Below are positions 27,301-53,566 of a stretch of 64,000 nucleotides of DNA, piece by piece; the stretch's first letter is position 1; every line of letters begins with the position of its first letter. Both the position numbers and the translations under genes were made by a program. Under the pieces are notes generated by a model. The model was not told where the DNA came from. It ran no database searches and worked only from the letters and a program-made list of their open reading frames with translations. Source of the DNA: Chrysomallon squamiferum (taxonomy: Eukaryota; Animalia; Mollusca); the NCBI GenBank assembly GCA_012295275.1, contig CM022672.1:8246001-8310000 (forward strand), read 5' to 3'.

Positions 27301-30300
27301 TATTGTTTATTATTATTATTATTAATATTATTATTATTTTAAATATAATATTAAGTGTATATTAACTATTTTAATAAATCTTATAGAAATCCATACCTTT
27401 CCAACAAGGAAAAGAGTTTTATCAATTGGTCCTTCACCTTCATACTCAAGAAAGATAATTCTTCCCTTGTGTCGGTCAACACCTGTTTTATTCAGTAATA
27501 TACATGATGTAATTCTCTAAATAAATATTAAATATTCAAATATTTTTTAAAAACTATATGATTGTTAATAATTTACAACTTATTTAATGTTCTGTTTTTA
27601 TTAAATATATTTTAGCCTATTTCTGTATAATATATTATGGAATATTTACATACAGCACAACGAAAAACAGAAAGATTATAATTTATATTTTTTTTATATA
27701 AATTCTATTTTAGTGTTACAAACTTTTTTTGAGAAAAAAGTTCAGACCTATACATTAATTAATCATTAAATCAAACATTTATATTATAAAATTATAGGGG
27801 ATAAAAATACAGAGTTCAAAAATTTATATCAAATTCTTTTAAAATACTTACTTTTAATTTTTTTAATTTTTATTACAGCCTAATGACAAATACAGATGCA
27901 GATATTTTGAATTTGTTTGACAAAATATAGAATTTTTATTTCTGTTTTTACCTCTTGCTGCTCTATTTACAGCTGCCAGCAGAGGATACTCTTTTTGCAG
28001 AGTGTTTACATCAGAGATGACAGTAATCTGTGGTAAATAATCACATATATTAGAAATGTGGTGAGCTTAACAGACAAGAGGCAATAATTTAAAATAAATG
28101 ATGGATTAGATACTTTATTAATTAAAATATGCATGTGTAGGGAATGTAGGTCTTTGCGTATGTGTGTGTCTGTGTGTTAGTGTTGTTGTGAATGTGCATA
28201 GCATGCATGTATATGGATACTAGTATATTTGTCTTTGTACATTTACCTATTCTACTTATTCTAATACATTTTAAAGCATTTCTAGAAATTAACAAATTTT
28301 TGTACAGTGACAATTACCTTGACACTCGTGTTTTTGAAAACATTTTCAATGTATTCCTGAACTCTTGGTGCTGCCATTCGTTCAGGATCAGAGCCTCCAA
28401 TGTCACGAGCTACAATTCTGAAGTAGAAAACAAAAAACTGAAATTTAAAAAAAAAATAATCTTTCTTTGACTTAACAAATATATTTCTGTCCACTATACC
28501 TTTTTTATGTTATAAAGATGTTTGTATTTGCTGAAGCAAAAATATACAAATAGTTTACAAAATAAAAACTTAGAAAAATATGGAAAGTTGCAAAATCTTA
28601 ACAAAAAATAAAACATAATATCCGGCCTCTAAAGTAAATTTTAATATCAGCAGAATCTGTCACAAGATGAAGTATCTGATATTTAAAAAAGAAAAATTGT
28701 CACAAACCTTCCCTGTTCAAAGGCATCACCCAGCTTGATGCTTCTCTTCACCTTTTCAGTGCTGTTACACCAAACTCCAAGTTTCTGTGCTTTCTGTAAT
28801 TTGTCAGGGAATGCTTCTCTTATTTCAAGCGGCTAAAAAAAAAAATTAAAATTATTATCTGAGTGTAATTCATTAAGTCATAGAAATGGAAAAGGGATTG
28901 CAAAATGCATCTATTTCTATCTTTGAGGATGTTTTGATGTATATTTTTTTAAATACTAAAAGGTATTTTTGTTTGTAGATCTGTTTAGAATATTTAAATT
29001 TTGCTACTACTATTAATATATCGTATTTTCAATCAAATTATAATTATTAAAAGATTTAAAAAAACTTGACTTTAAGGTTTTTTTTTTTTTAAATTTAATG
29101 TTAGGACATATTGTGCACACATCATAGATAAATAATCATTGTTGCAATAATATTGCTTTTGGAAGTGTTGAGTCAAAAATAACATTTTAGTGACTCTAAG
29201 AGATAAAATAAAATTTAAACTAACCACATAAAGAGTTTGTAGAGAGCTGAGCAGGGCTACAAACCCAGCTTGTTTAAAACTGTCATCTACTGGTCGAACT
29301 AGCAGAGGAGTCTTACTTCCTGTCTGAAGAGCTCTAGTAAAACAACACATTTGTTTTAATAACTTACAGAGGCACAGACACACACACATACACACACATA
29401 CATACACACATACACATACATACACACACATACATACACACATACACACACACATACACACACACATACACACACACATACATACACACATACATGCACA
29501 TATTAATATGCAAATATGTTCACACATGCACACTGACAAAAATATATACAAACCCACAGACAAACACAAACAGACACACATACACACACACATGCATGTA
29601 CTAGTAATTATTATTTTGTCAGTATTCATCTAAGGATTAATAAATATTTTATTAACTACAAGCATTGTTTTATATATGCAGTATTGTATACAGTATTATT
29701 ATACACATGGTATAATTTTATATACTTTACTATATACATTATTATTGTGACTCTGTAGCAGATGGATTTTGATGAAACTAGTAATTACAGTACATTGGTT
29801 CAACAACATTTGTTAATCACAAAACACCTGTGACACAGTTACACACTTACAGGTAAACTCATCCACATAAACAAATCACAAAATACTGACTGAACAGAAA
29901 AAATGAAAATATTTAAATATTTTTTTTTTTTTTTTATTAAATATAAAACATCAAAGACTCTGTAGATGTAATCATTATAATTAAAACTGATTAAATCTTT
30001 TAACATTTATTCTTTATTATTAAACCACATCCGTTTTTGGATTAAAAAAAAGAAGAAAGAATGAAAGAAAGAAGAAGAAAAAAGGATGTGTAAACTTACC
30101 GTTTGATCCCTTTTGCAGTTGCATCAGCAAACCTGCGAACATCATCATAGTCACGGTTCAGTGGACCAGTTGGTGCATAGATCTAAAAAAACATTTAGTG
30201 CTTTATTAGTGTATGAAGAGGTTTGGAAAAGTTTGAGCTGTTCTGGATGGGTTTTTGCCTTGGCTGAGCTTGGCTGAATATGGTTAGTCTTGTATTCAAT

Positions 30301-30796
30301 GTGACCCCTAATGTATAAAATTTAGGGGTCATCCAAACAAGGAGATATTAGTTAGCTACTGGATACTATAAAATACTGAAGAGGAGGACACAGATTTGGT
30401 ATTCCAGTGTCATGTTGAAGATAAAAATTTTAAAAACATTCTGCTTTGGAATTTGTCCTAAAACATTTATATATAAAAAAAAAAAAGAAGAAGAAAAAAG
30501 AGCTACAGTAATAAAAAAAAAAAAAGTAAGGAGATACATGAGTAATAAATAAAAACTGTGTATATGCAAGTATCTAACAAGTGCATATACACAAGTATCT
30601 ACTTACCAGTCTCTTTGAAGGAATCACTTCAGTGTACAAAACTGTGACTTCAGAATCTGCACCTTTGTCAATCTGAAACGAGTAACATTTAAAATATCTC
30701 AAAACAGTTTAACCTGACTTTGTGTAAGAAACACAGAGTTCATAAGCCCATATTTTATTATTAGTATCTTCATAATCATTATCATTTTATTAATTA

Positions 30797-30836
<40 letters not shown>

Positions 30837-30871
30837 ATTATTATTATTATTATTGTTTTGTTGTGGCATTA

Positions 30872-30947
<76 letters not shown>

Positions 30948-32407
30948 TATCATTATTTATCTTGTGACTAACCTTGGCATGTTGTTGAAGTGGTTGTTTC
31001 AGACACTCAAGGTTGTCTGTCAGTTTGTCAATGCTGTCTGTTACCACGACAACACAGTCATACTGCCCATCCTTAACATCCAGACATGGCAACAGTTCTG
31101 GTTTTCTGAAATTTAAATCAAAATTCTTAAATTACCAACTCAGCACTAGAATGAGACTCAACATTAAAGAGATACTGAGACATTTACATCAGAAAAACAT
31201 ACAAATGTGTCAAAGAAAGTTCTAAATTGTAGCAGTCTATATATTTACATGTATGCTCATTTTCATGTACACAGCTTCATTTAAACTGCAAAGAACCTCA
31301 AATGTTTATGGTCACAGGTAAAGAAGAATGTCATAAGTGTAACCCATAAATCTTACACAAATGTATTTATGACTTTTTAATCACTTTTAGTCTGATTAAC
31401 AATAAAAATAATATTAATAATTATAATCTAAAAACATTTTAAAAGTGGTAATTAGATATTTAATTGCATTCAGTTTTAATCATTATTATCCTTTACAAAA
31501 CTCTGCAACTAAGAGCAATATACAAAAATCAGTAACAAAATAATAAAACAAGATTTGAAATTACAATACAAAAAAATACAAGCATAACTTACTGTAGCTC
31601 CATGCTACTGATAATCAAGTTAAGACAAGTGTACTCTGTGTGGGTTACCTGCACACTGACAATGAGCTGACAAACACTTGGATATCATATATACACAAAA
31701 ACAAATTGTTGTTACATGTACTTGCTGAGTCACATTTCTATGAAATAGTCTGTCTCAGCAATTGTTTCCTGGGAAAACTTGCTAAATGTTTTCTGGAGAA
31801 CATTCTCAAATGTCACCGTCACATTTGTATGAAATATATTTTCTGGGGAAACTTGCGAAATATTCCCTGCAGAAAGTGCTAAAATGTCATTGTTAACACA
31901 CTAACAGCTCCTGTATCAAAGATTATTACTTTGTCAATACTTTTCTGCAGTTTTGAAACCAAATCAGAGAGTAAAACAAATTTATTGTAACAAAATATTT
32001 TAGCACATTTTCAAATTGAGTATTCAAAATAAATTACATTACAATATACTAAAGTGTAAAAATGTTAATAAATACATATTAAACCTTTTATATTATATTG
32101 TTATTACATATCCCAATCCAGAAATACTCCATATAATGTGTGTCTGTATAGGGGAAAACAAATATGTATATGTATTTATAAAAACATTACCATTATTATT
32201 ATTATTGCTATTATATAAAGAAAAATTCTTATTAGTAACAGCAGTCCATGATCAAGTTACTCTCTAGAAACTATCATTTCATTATTCCCATTATTTAAAG
32301 TTGGTCTGTCAAGGAATGTGGTATGTGCTGCATTGTTAGGAAGATATAAAATCTACTATCATGTTCTCTGAACAGAAGAAATGGTACACAAGTTAGTTTG
32401 GTATTTG

Positions 32408-32443
<36 letters not shown>

Positions 32444-32564
32444 AAAAAGCATGCAGACACAGTGTGTCTGTATCAATCCTGAATTCAATCCAAGTTTGAT
32501 CTCTGCTTGAATATATAGTTAGCATCTGACATCTTAATATAAAAATAATAAGTAAATAAAAATA

Positions 32565-32603
<39 letters not shown>

Positions 32604-33267
32604 GTAAATAAAATAAAATATAAATAAATATATAGAAGATATTAAGTAGTTGCATATATATTCAGGCACAAAAAAAGTTAAATCTTTGGACTTTTGAAAA
32701 TATTAATGCAAATCAATACAGTACAAGTAACTCTGCCTACTTGATACCTGTGTGTGTTTGTGTGTGCTGTCAGTGTAAGTTAATTACAAGAGCAGTCTGA
32801 CGATATGTGTAAGTTATAAATAAATGAGATTTATTAAATCCATTATTTCATCTGGTGTAGTCCCTACCCCACCTAAAGCTATCATATCACACCTCAAAAA
32901 AAACCCCAAAACAAATAAAACTCCAAAGAATAAATAACAGACAAAAAGAAAAGAATATCTTAGTGATTTTATTTAGGATTAAATGTTTAATAAATGTCAG
33001 ATAGTTAGAACATGACGAACGACATGTACACAATATTAAACATTTTGACTTTTCTAAAAGTCAAACAGACCCAGTAAAACAAACATTTAGCATGAACATG
33101 TTAAAACCTGTGACCTGTGAGAATTCAGACAGAACCTTGGTCTTTTGTTTAACAAACTTGAGAAATCCTTGACACACATTTTCAGTGTCGGTAAATGAAT
33201 ATCATTAAAAATTCATATTATTTCAGTTTATATATACAGTTCCAGACAGTGTGAAAGAGACAAACAA

Positions 33268-33327
<60 letters not shown>

Positions 33328-34157
33328 TTGAAAATGAATGACAAAAAAAAAAGTTAAACATATTTTTGAAACATCTGCAGAAATATGTTGTTTTGTTGAG
33401 AAGATAGAATTAATTAATGTTTAAAACCACAGCAATGTAACTTCATACCAACAGTTTATAACTAAAAAAAAAAAAGAAAATAAAAAGAAATCATGAATGA
33501 TAATAATTAAAATACATCTTCCAACAAACTTAATGTATAGGCTGTTGCAAAGTATAGAACAGTTTGACTTTGCTCTGTCTGAAATTTGATCTGGTTCCAG
33601 ATGATTCACTGTGCATGTGAAAATAACAAAAAATTATGATAAATGAATGAGCATGTGTGATAATGTCATTCAAAAACTTGGTCATAGAGATCATTCCATT
33701 TCATTTTGTACATATTTCATGTTCTAATAAAATAATTTAAGGATAGTTAGAGCTTTGTTTTGTTGATATTAAATACAATAATATATTTAAAATTTAAGCA
33801 GAAGTACTGATAAAGAGTTACTAAAAGAATGTATTGCGTACTGACTTCTTCAATTTTGAAATAAAATATAAAAATCAGGTTGTGTTGATATGTATTGATT
33901 AGGGAATTAAGTTAGTCTGTTAGTCCTAATGACCAAACAGATGAGAAAAATTGCTGCGTGCAGCAAGTCATCTTCATGCATCTTTTCACAGAGAGTGAAA
34001 TTATTTTCAGTGGTAACAGGTGGCCTGTGGTGTGTTTGGATTGGAAATTGGTCAAAGAAGTCAGCTTATCCTTTATTACACTGTATAAAAAGGCTCTAAT
34101 CTCAAAGGTTAGAAATGAATGTAGGAATATTTGTTTTATTTTTATTATTATTATTAT

Positions 34158-34188
<31 letters not shown>

Positions 34189-34297
34189 TGTATTATTAGT
34201 ATTATTATTTTTGAGAATATAATGAATAGTAAAACTTTGTTAATGTTTCAACATTGTGACCTCTTTTTTATTTATAATAATAATAATAATAATAATA

Positions 34298-34328
<31 letters not shown>

Positions 34329-34598
34329 TTCATTTTCTTTTTTTTTTTTTTCTTCCCCTTGCCTATATATCAGTCTTGAGGATATGGTTAGAACAGGAAA
34401 CGACTGTCCTAAAATGAAAACTCAACAATTACCGACAGTATATTTTTCAGCCGATTCACAATTTAACAATAATATTTTATAATAATAGTCTAGGTTTCAT
34501 TATACGATACCAGTATGATTATCATATTTTCGATTTTTCAGATCACTATTTATTCAGATGTAATTAAATATTCTTCAGTCTTCAAATAAAAGTAGAGA

Positions 34599-34668
<70 letters not shown>

Positions 34669-35093
34669 TAGCTGACGACTAAAACAGAAATTACATATTG
34701 ATCGTAGGTCCAGATACTCGGGTACGTTGGTGGGGCGTGTCTGCTTATTTACGTAATAGGCTCGGTACAACCACCTGATGTTTTCACATGCTGGTTATTT
34801 TGTTAATTATTAATATCTGGTTTGTAGACGAATTCATCATCATGCCACCCTTCACTTTACGTTTGCCTTCAATACTGGTATTGTCACGTCTCATTAAATT
34901 TTTTTACCACCAGTGTCGGTAAAAGGCAACCGTTACCGGCCTCATTTTACCCACGTTAAGATAAAGCACAAAAGAAACTCTTTTTTTTTTTTTTTTTTTT
35001 TTTAGAATATTTTTGACAATGCATTTATAAAAATATAACTGAAAACAGAGTATAAATTGCTCCAAGTTGCATCACTTACCCCGACTTCTCCAT
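24379..35093 (-). CDS. M17 family (leucyl/cytosol) aminopeptidase, W07G4.4-like subfamily
   Basis: Exons 35093-35080 (MEKSG, inferred), 31607-31593, 31105-30973, 30672-30607, 30182-30100, 29333-29225, 28832-28708, 28417-28318, 28027-27952, 27482-27397, 27067-26963, 26839-26764, 26413-26295, 26025-25942, 25452-25345, 24645-24379. Motifs LVGKGITYDTGGADIK, MHRDKCGAA, VGNTDAEGRMVLAD, IATLTGH and HLDIAG are M17 metal-binding and catalytic signatures. The start codon (35093 or 31603) is less certain than the rest. Confidence 0.9.
33526..33997 (+). repeat. Left copy of a ~470-bp inverted duplication (partner 40113-40574)
   Basis: Aligns by eye to the reverse complement of 40113-40574 over its whole length, with scattered substitutions and small indels. 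Confidence 0.92.
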
Positions 35094-35289
35094 TGTGCAC
35101 AGAAGTCATGTGACAACACGGTACCATCTGACCTTTTCCAGTGTCAAAGTTCGAGTCGTGACCTCGCATGAGTTTATCTGTGTACATACCATATACTCTT
35201 AAAAGACACTGTCGTGTCAGCATTTTCAATTTTTTAGTTTGATACAGTTCTGAAACAAGCTGGCTAGGAAGTTAACAGGCAGAACAACC
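35094..35289. promoter_or_regulatory. Putative bidirectional promoter, aminopeptidase / FAHD2
   Basis: Divergent ATGs about 200 bp apart in a CpG-containing stretch, with a GTCATGTGAC E-box at 35105-35114. Confidence 0.55.
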
Positions 35290-36203
35290 ATGAGATTTGT
35301 GCAGTTTTTGCTGAACGGATCTAAGAAACTTGGGGTTGAGGTAAAGGATGGGGGTGACATTGTTGACTTAAATGCAGCCGACATATCCTTGCCGAGTGAC
35401 ATGAGAACATTTCTTGAACAAGGCCAGAAATCAATGCAGGCAGCTAAGAGGTTCGCAGACTATACCTTCAAGTTTGTTTTTATTTAGGACATTAAACGAC
35501 TGTAACTATAATTAGAATAGAAAAAGTTCTGTCGTCGACGAGCAGATGCTAGGGGCTGATCATGCATTACTAAGACCAATAATTTTTCTTATTTTCTATC
35601 AAATCAGTTTACAAAACATCGCTTTCACCCCATAATCCATATATATCATACAGTATCAAAATCTATAACACACTTCGCTGTGTTAGAGAGACGAAAACTG
35701 AAGGAAAAGCTCGAACTTCTTTTCACAGATAAGATCTGTCACATGATCACAGTGTTTTTTTCTGGGCGTTACGTCGAACACAAAAACTAAATATAAAAGA
35801 AAAAATATATAGTCAGAATTTGAATGTGTGTGTGTGCGTGCGTGCGTACGTGCGTGCGTGTGTGTGTGTGTGTGAAAAGAGAGATTACCAAGCCTTCTAC
35901 CGTTTAAGATATTGTTTTTGCAAATTCCAAAAGTAAGGAGTATAATATATTACTATTAGTAAGTGTATTATAAGCATGAATTAGTGATGAGATGGCAACA
36001 GATAACACTTCTAATACATTTAGTAACAGTTAATAACTGTTGCAGTGTTGTTTGCTACAAATTGTTGCCCCTTTCATTATCTAAGAAGATTTTTTCCTGT
36101 TAATGGAAAAATCTATGTATTCTCACCATAAAGATCCTGATTCAAATTCCCTCAGCTCAATAAACTACTCCCTGGAGCTTGAAATACATTTTATTTATAT
36201 ATT

Positions 36204-36265
<62 letters not shown>

Positions 36266-38919
36266 CTTTTTTGTAATTATTCTTTTATATGGTCAGTATT
36301 TTGTATAATTGAAAATTGTATAAATTTCAGTGTTGTGGACAGAGGTCAACATGTTGTAAAAAGAGAAAATGTCAAGATACTGGCTCCAATCACAAACCCT
36401 GAAAAAATAATCTGTATAGGAATGAACTACAGAGACCACTGTGAAGAACAGAACCTGCCTGTTCCAGTGGAACCCGTCATCTTTAGCAAGTTTTCCAACA
36501 CCATCACTGGACCTTATGACAACATCGAATACCCAGCAGAAACTACGGTACTGACACAGTGTAATCTTCTTTATGCTAAGTGTTAAATAGGCAGGAAGTT
36601 TATTGAGTCAGTTAAGTCATTATTATTATTGTTATTTTATGTCTGAATTTAAAATAATAATAAATAACAGATGTAGCAGATTTTGATAATAATTATTTGA
36701 GCATAAATGAAAATTAATAAAAATGGTTGTCAGTTTTTTTAAATTATTATACTTGTGTTGGAATCATGTTTAAATATGATGTATGTGTATACAGAGAAAT
36801 AACAACTGTTTTCTTTTTCTTTTGAACAAAAACAACACAGAAACTAGACTGGGAAGTTGAGCTGGCATTTGTTATTGGTAAAGAAGGTAAAAACATTAAG
36901 GTTAGTTTTAATTATTCACTTTTAGGTTGTTTAATTTATCATTCTTATTCTTATTTTATTTTATTTTATTTTATTTTATTTTTATTTATATTTTTTTTTT
37001 TATTATTATTATTATTTTGTGTGAGTGTGTGTGTGAATTTCAGATATTTAAAAAATAAAAATCTGCATATATTAGATTTATTAGATAGTTTTAAAATTAT
37101 ATTACAACTGTATAATGTGATATAATAACTAAAATAAATTTCTTATAACTAAATTTTCTATTTTGTTGACAGAGTATCAGTCAAACACCTTTATTCATGA
37201 ACTTGCTGAAATCATATTTCAATTCGAGTGTATGATCCTACACTTTCTGTTAACACTTTTTATCAAAATAATAGCTTTTTCCAGCAGTAGATTTTCTCTA
37301 ATTAACCTTTTAACAGTCTGATTTTCTTTTTTACTGAAGTTAGCACTTTCATAATGTCTTATGTAGAAATCCGAGGCTTTGAATCATGTATTTGGCTACA
37401 CAGTGGCTCATGATGTCAGTGCAAGAGACTGGCAGTTAGAGAAGAACAGTGGTCAGTGGATCATCGGAAAAACTATGGACTGCTTCTGTCCACTTGGTCC
37501 AGCCATTGTCATGAAAGAAGATCTTGGAGGTTTGATTTCAAAAATATTAAAAATGTTTTCTGTTTATCTCTTTCTTTCGTCTCAGTCACCCATTTATTTT
37601 TGAAAAAATGCTAGACATTCTTTTTGTCCAATCTTCTATTCATCTATTTTGTATGTCCATCAGTATGTTCTAGTAAACAATTTAAAAAAACACAAAAACA
37701 ACATGTTTATGAAGGTGTAAAACAGATTAGTTTCTTTCTAACCAATTTTACTAATGTCTGATGAGACATGCATCCTTGATTTTTCAGTATATTTCAAACA
37801 GATGCTCAGTCGAAGTTTATTTTGTTTCTTTTATTATTATTATAATTGTAACTGCTTCAAATCTTAATGACTTTTGAAATGAACTCCAAGTTGTAACAAA
37901 GTATTTAAAAAACAAATTTCAGATCCTCACAATCTGCGACTGAGTTGTCAAGTGAATGGTGTCACCAAACAGAACAGTTCTACCTGTCAGATTGTTCACA
38001 AAACTGAAGATATCATCTCATTTGCATCCAGGTAAGAACAGGAAAAATTATTTTCTAGTAATAGATATTTTTATAACAAAATGCAGCAATTCTTGTTCAA
38101 AATCATGACAATCTTTATATTTTTTTGTTTTGTTTTAAGATTTTTCACACTGAAACCCGGTGATATTGTTTTAACTGGGACCCCACCTGGTGTAGGTGTG
38201 TTCAGAAAACCTCCTGAGTTTCTACAGGTAAATTATATTTTTGTTCAGCTGTTCCAGAAAAAATTCCTAAATTAATACAGGCACAGTACACTTACCTTTT
38301 TTTTTACAGGAATTGTTTGTGTTTTTTTAAATGATAATACTTTTTCACCATGAAAAGTTTATTTGTTTTTAATTTCTGTTAAATTTCATGCCTGAAATTA
38401 ACTCTAGAAACCACTCAGTCCATACTGACTCAACCATGGATCTTCACATTACCCATCCATCCATTCATATATAAATATATGCACATGATATATTAACCAT
38501 TACAAACATGACATCTGTTAGTGTTGTTTTTTTTTTTTTTATATATGAAAAATCATTAAAGTTGAAAAATTGCATGCTCCACATGTTCTTTGTTTTAAAC
38601 TGAAGATAAAATGTTCAGAGACTTTCAGTAACACTGTTACTGGCATTTTACACCCTCATAATTGTTGAGTATATTAAATTGTAATGAATTTTTTTTTTTT
38701 ACATAATATAATTTTTAACATCTAAATTCAAACTATCACAACATTAAGCATCCAACCACCATCAGAATCAATTGTTTGAACATCAGAGGTTTACTTAATT
38801 TTATATGAATACAATTTTGAATCTTATTCGAATTTTTGATTTATTTTATTTTTCAGAAAGGCGATGTTGTGGAATGTGAGATTGAGAAGATAGGAAAACT
38901 TGTAAACAAGATTGTGTGA
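35290..38919 (+). CDS. FAHD2A: Fumarylacetoacetate hydrolase domain-containing protein 2
   Basis: Exons 35290-35450, 36331-36547, 36841-36900, 37367-37529, 37923-38031, 38140-38227, 38857-38919. Motifs [65 protein letters not shown]. Confidence 0.93.
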
Positions 38920-40112
38920 ATACTGAAATATAATTTTATAATAATCAGGGTAAAATAAAAAAGAAATAATAAAAAAATATAATAAAATTAAAAAAACCCA
39001 ATCAGTTGACTGCAAGTGAAGTGGCATCTAATAAATACTGATAAAAAAAAATTCCATATCATGGGGAAAAAAAATGAAATGAAAACTATACAATTTATTA
39101 TAATTATGGTATTTTTATAGTGTATTCAGAATGAATCTAGCTGTATGTTTAAAAAAATATGGGAAATATACTTTTGTGGTAAAAATTTGTAAATTTGTTT
39201 TTAATTTTAAAATCTTGTAAATCTTTACTAATTATATTCATAATGCAGCCATAATTATTAGTTTTTCCATCTAAATTAAATTAAGTCTTTATAAGCCACT
39301 TTTGTAAAATGTTTGTTGGTTTTATGCCAGATCACATACTGAAAAAGTCTATGTACAGTGAAAACATTTTTTTGATGCCTGTAATCAGTTTTACATATCA
39401 GATTACAAATATATAAACCAAAGACAACATCTAATATGTATGTAATCTGTTCATTCCACTGAGTGACATAATTCAGATAATCATTTTTAATTTTTTTTTA
39501 CATTTTAATCATTAGTAATTAATCATAATTATCTACTCATTTATCTAATTACTTTGTGCAATATTTAAATATTTTATAGAAAAATTTAAAACATTTACTA
39601 TTTGCACATATAGTGTAGAATACATAAATAAAACATTTTTTGGGTATGTGTTTGTTATGAATTTGTATAATTTGTTTTGAAACAGAACTTTTTGTTCTGA
39701 AAATTGCTGATTATGGTCATTGTGATAATCTTTGATATAGAATTGGTGTGTTAACTGGTATTTTATTTGTATCATTAATGAATATCTTTCATAATAGAAA
39801 AAGAAATGTTTAGTTTCTCCAAAAAGTTCTTTTCTGAGAAACAGTTTCATTGAAAGTGACTAATTCCTATAATGCATGTGACATGCAGTGTGTTTGTATA
39901 TATACACACAAACAAATAAAATGTGTAAGAATAATCCTAGAAAATCTGATTGTTTTCATCTTTTCTTCTGACATTTTCATGCATTATTCCTCATAACAAG
40001 TTTGAAAATAATTTAAATTTTTTTTTAACAATCAGTCCAATTGAACTTTTTCTATGAACTATGAGTTGAATGTTTTCATGAAGTTTTTATTCTATTTTGA
40101 CAAAAGCCATGA

Positions 40113-40574
40113 CACTCTGTGGAAAGATACATGAAGATGGCTTGCTGGATGCAATTTTTCTCATCTGTTTGGTCATTAGGACTAACAGACTAACTTAATT
40201 CCCTAATCAATACATACCAACATAAGCTGATTTTTGTATTTTATTTCAACATTGAAGAAGTCAATTAGTACATAATACATTCTTTTAGTAACTGTTCAGT
40301 ATTACTGCTTAAATTTTAAATGCATTATTGTATTTAGTATCAACAAAACAAAGCACTAACTATTCTTAAATTATTTTATTGAACATGAAATATGTACAAA
40401 ATGAAATGATCTCTATGACCAAGTTTTTGAATGACATTATCACACTTGCTCATTCATTTATCATAATACTTTGTTATTTTCACATGCACAGTGAATCATC
40501 TGGAACCAGATCAAATTTCAGATAGAACAAAGTCAAACTGTTCTATACTTTGCAACAGCCTATACATTAAGTTT
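40113..40574 (-). repeat. Right copy of the ~470-bp inverted duplication, downstream of the POLR2B stop (possibly 3' UTR)
   Basis: Reverse complement of 33526-33997. Confidence 0.92.
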
Positions 40575-41009
40575 ATCATGATACAATATTATTCAGACAT
40601 CTGGTGAAGTTTTGTTAATAGTTTCATCAAATTCTCAATATTAAGAACATTTTGTCTGACCAAGATGAATTTTTAACAGATTTGTTAAACCCCTGTATTT
40701 TATTACACAAATACATCAGTCTGAAACAACAGACAACAATCATTTTAGAATAGAAAACTATGTCTCATAATGATTACATCTGGTGTAATCGGAATACTGA
40801 CTAAAACTTGGCATTTCTTTTTTAATGTGCTCACTGAATGATTCTTGTGTGAGATTTTCAGTCTGTTGAGAACAAATATGAAATTGTGAACACACAATAC
40901 ACCCACAGATTAATTAATATCTTCATTTGTGTCTAAGAGTCCACAACATGGCTGTTTTCTCACTGTTTCTGTAACGTTTTTCCACTGGTTCTTTTAACTC
41001 AGTACTGCT

Positions 41010-52894
<11,885 letters not shown>

Positions 52895-53566
52895 GTTTGT
52901 GAATGTTCAGCAGATATTACTGATAATATTATAATACAGAAAAAGGTGTTGGAGTTAAATTTAATAGCTGATGTCAACAGATTCTTCTCCGAACGATAAC
53001 AAACAACCCTATCGTACCGCCATATTTGACGGAACTAGACTTTGTTTGGGTTTTACACTGAGGTCATTTCCGGTAATTTATTACCAGTGGAATCCGAAAG
53101 ATGCCGAAGATACAAATTTAAACTCGGTAGCTTTCGGGAGAACTAAATTACAACTGATTTTTCTTAACAATTCCGCAGCTAATACATTTAAATCAATACG
53201 GGCTGGTTTCAGTTTATTTTGTGGGAAATGTGAACAACACGTTTTGCAAGTAGCTGAAATACACCATACTTTGAATGTAATATACCTTGTAAGATTTCAG
53301 ACTATTTAAAGCATATTATATAATTTAAATAAAATAATAATAATATTAAATTAATATTTTTTAAAAAGTGCACACTAATAGTAATATTTTTTAAATTTAA
53401 TAATAAAGTTCTAATTTAAAAAATAATTAATAATTATGAAGTTAGTCGCGAAATAACTGGAGTTCTCGGAAATAATTTGTCAGTATTCGAGTATTGAAAT
53501 AAACATTAAATGAATTAATTATCATTTTGATCGTTACTTGCATTATTCTAGTAAATAATCAACACC
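52895..53566. promoter_or_regulatory. Bidirectional promoter POLR2B / ANAPC5
   Basis: Divergent ATGs with 672 bp between them. YY1-like CCGCCATATTT at 53017-53027, ETS-like TTCCGG at about 53068, E2F-like TCGCGAAA at 53446-53453. Confidence 0.65.

Noticed and set aside
52971-53309. 112-aa ORF between POLR2B and ANAPC5
   Set aside because: It overlaps the promoter and UTR region, has no recognisable homology and is probably chance.
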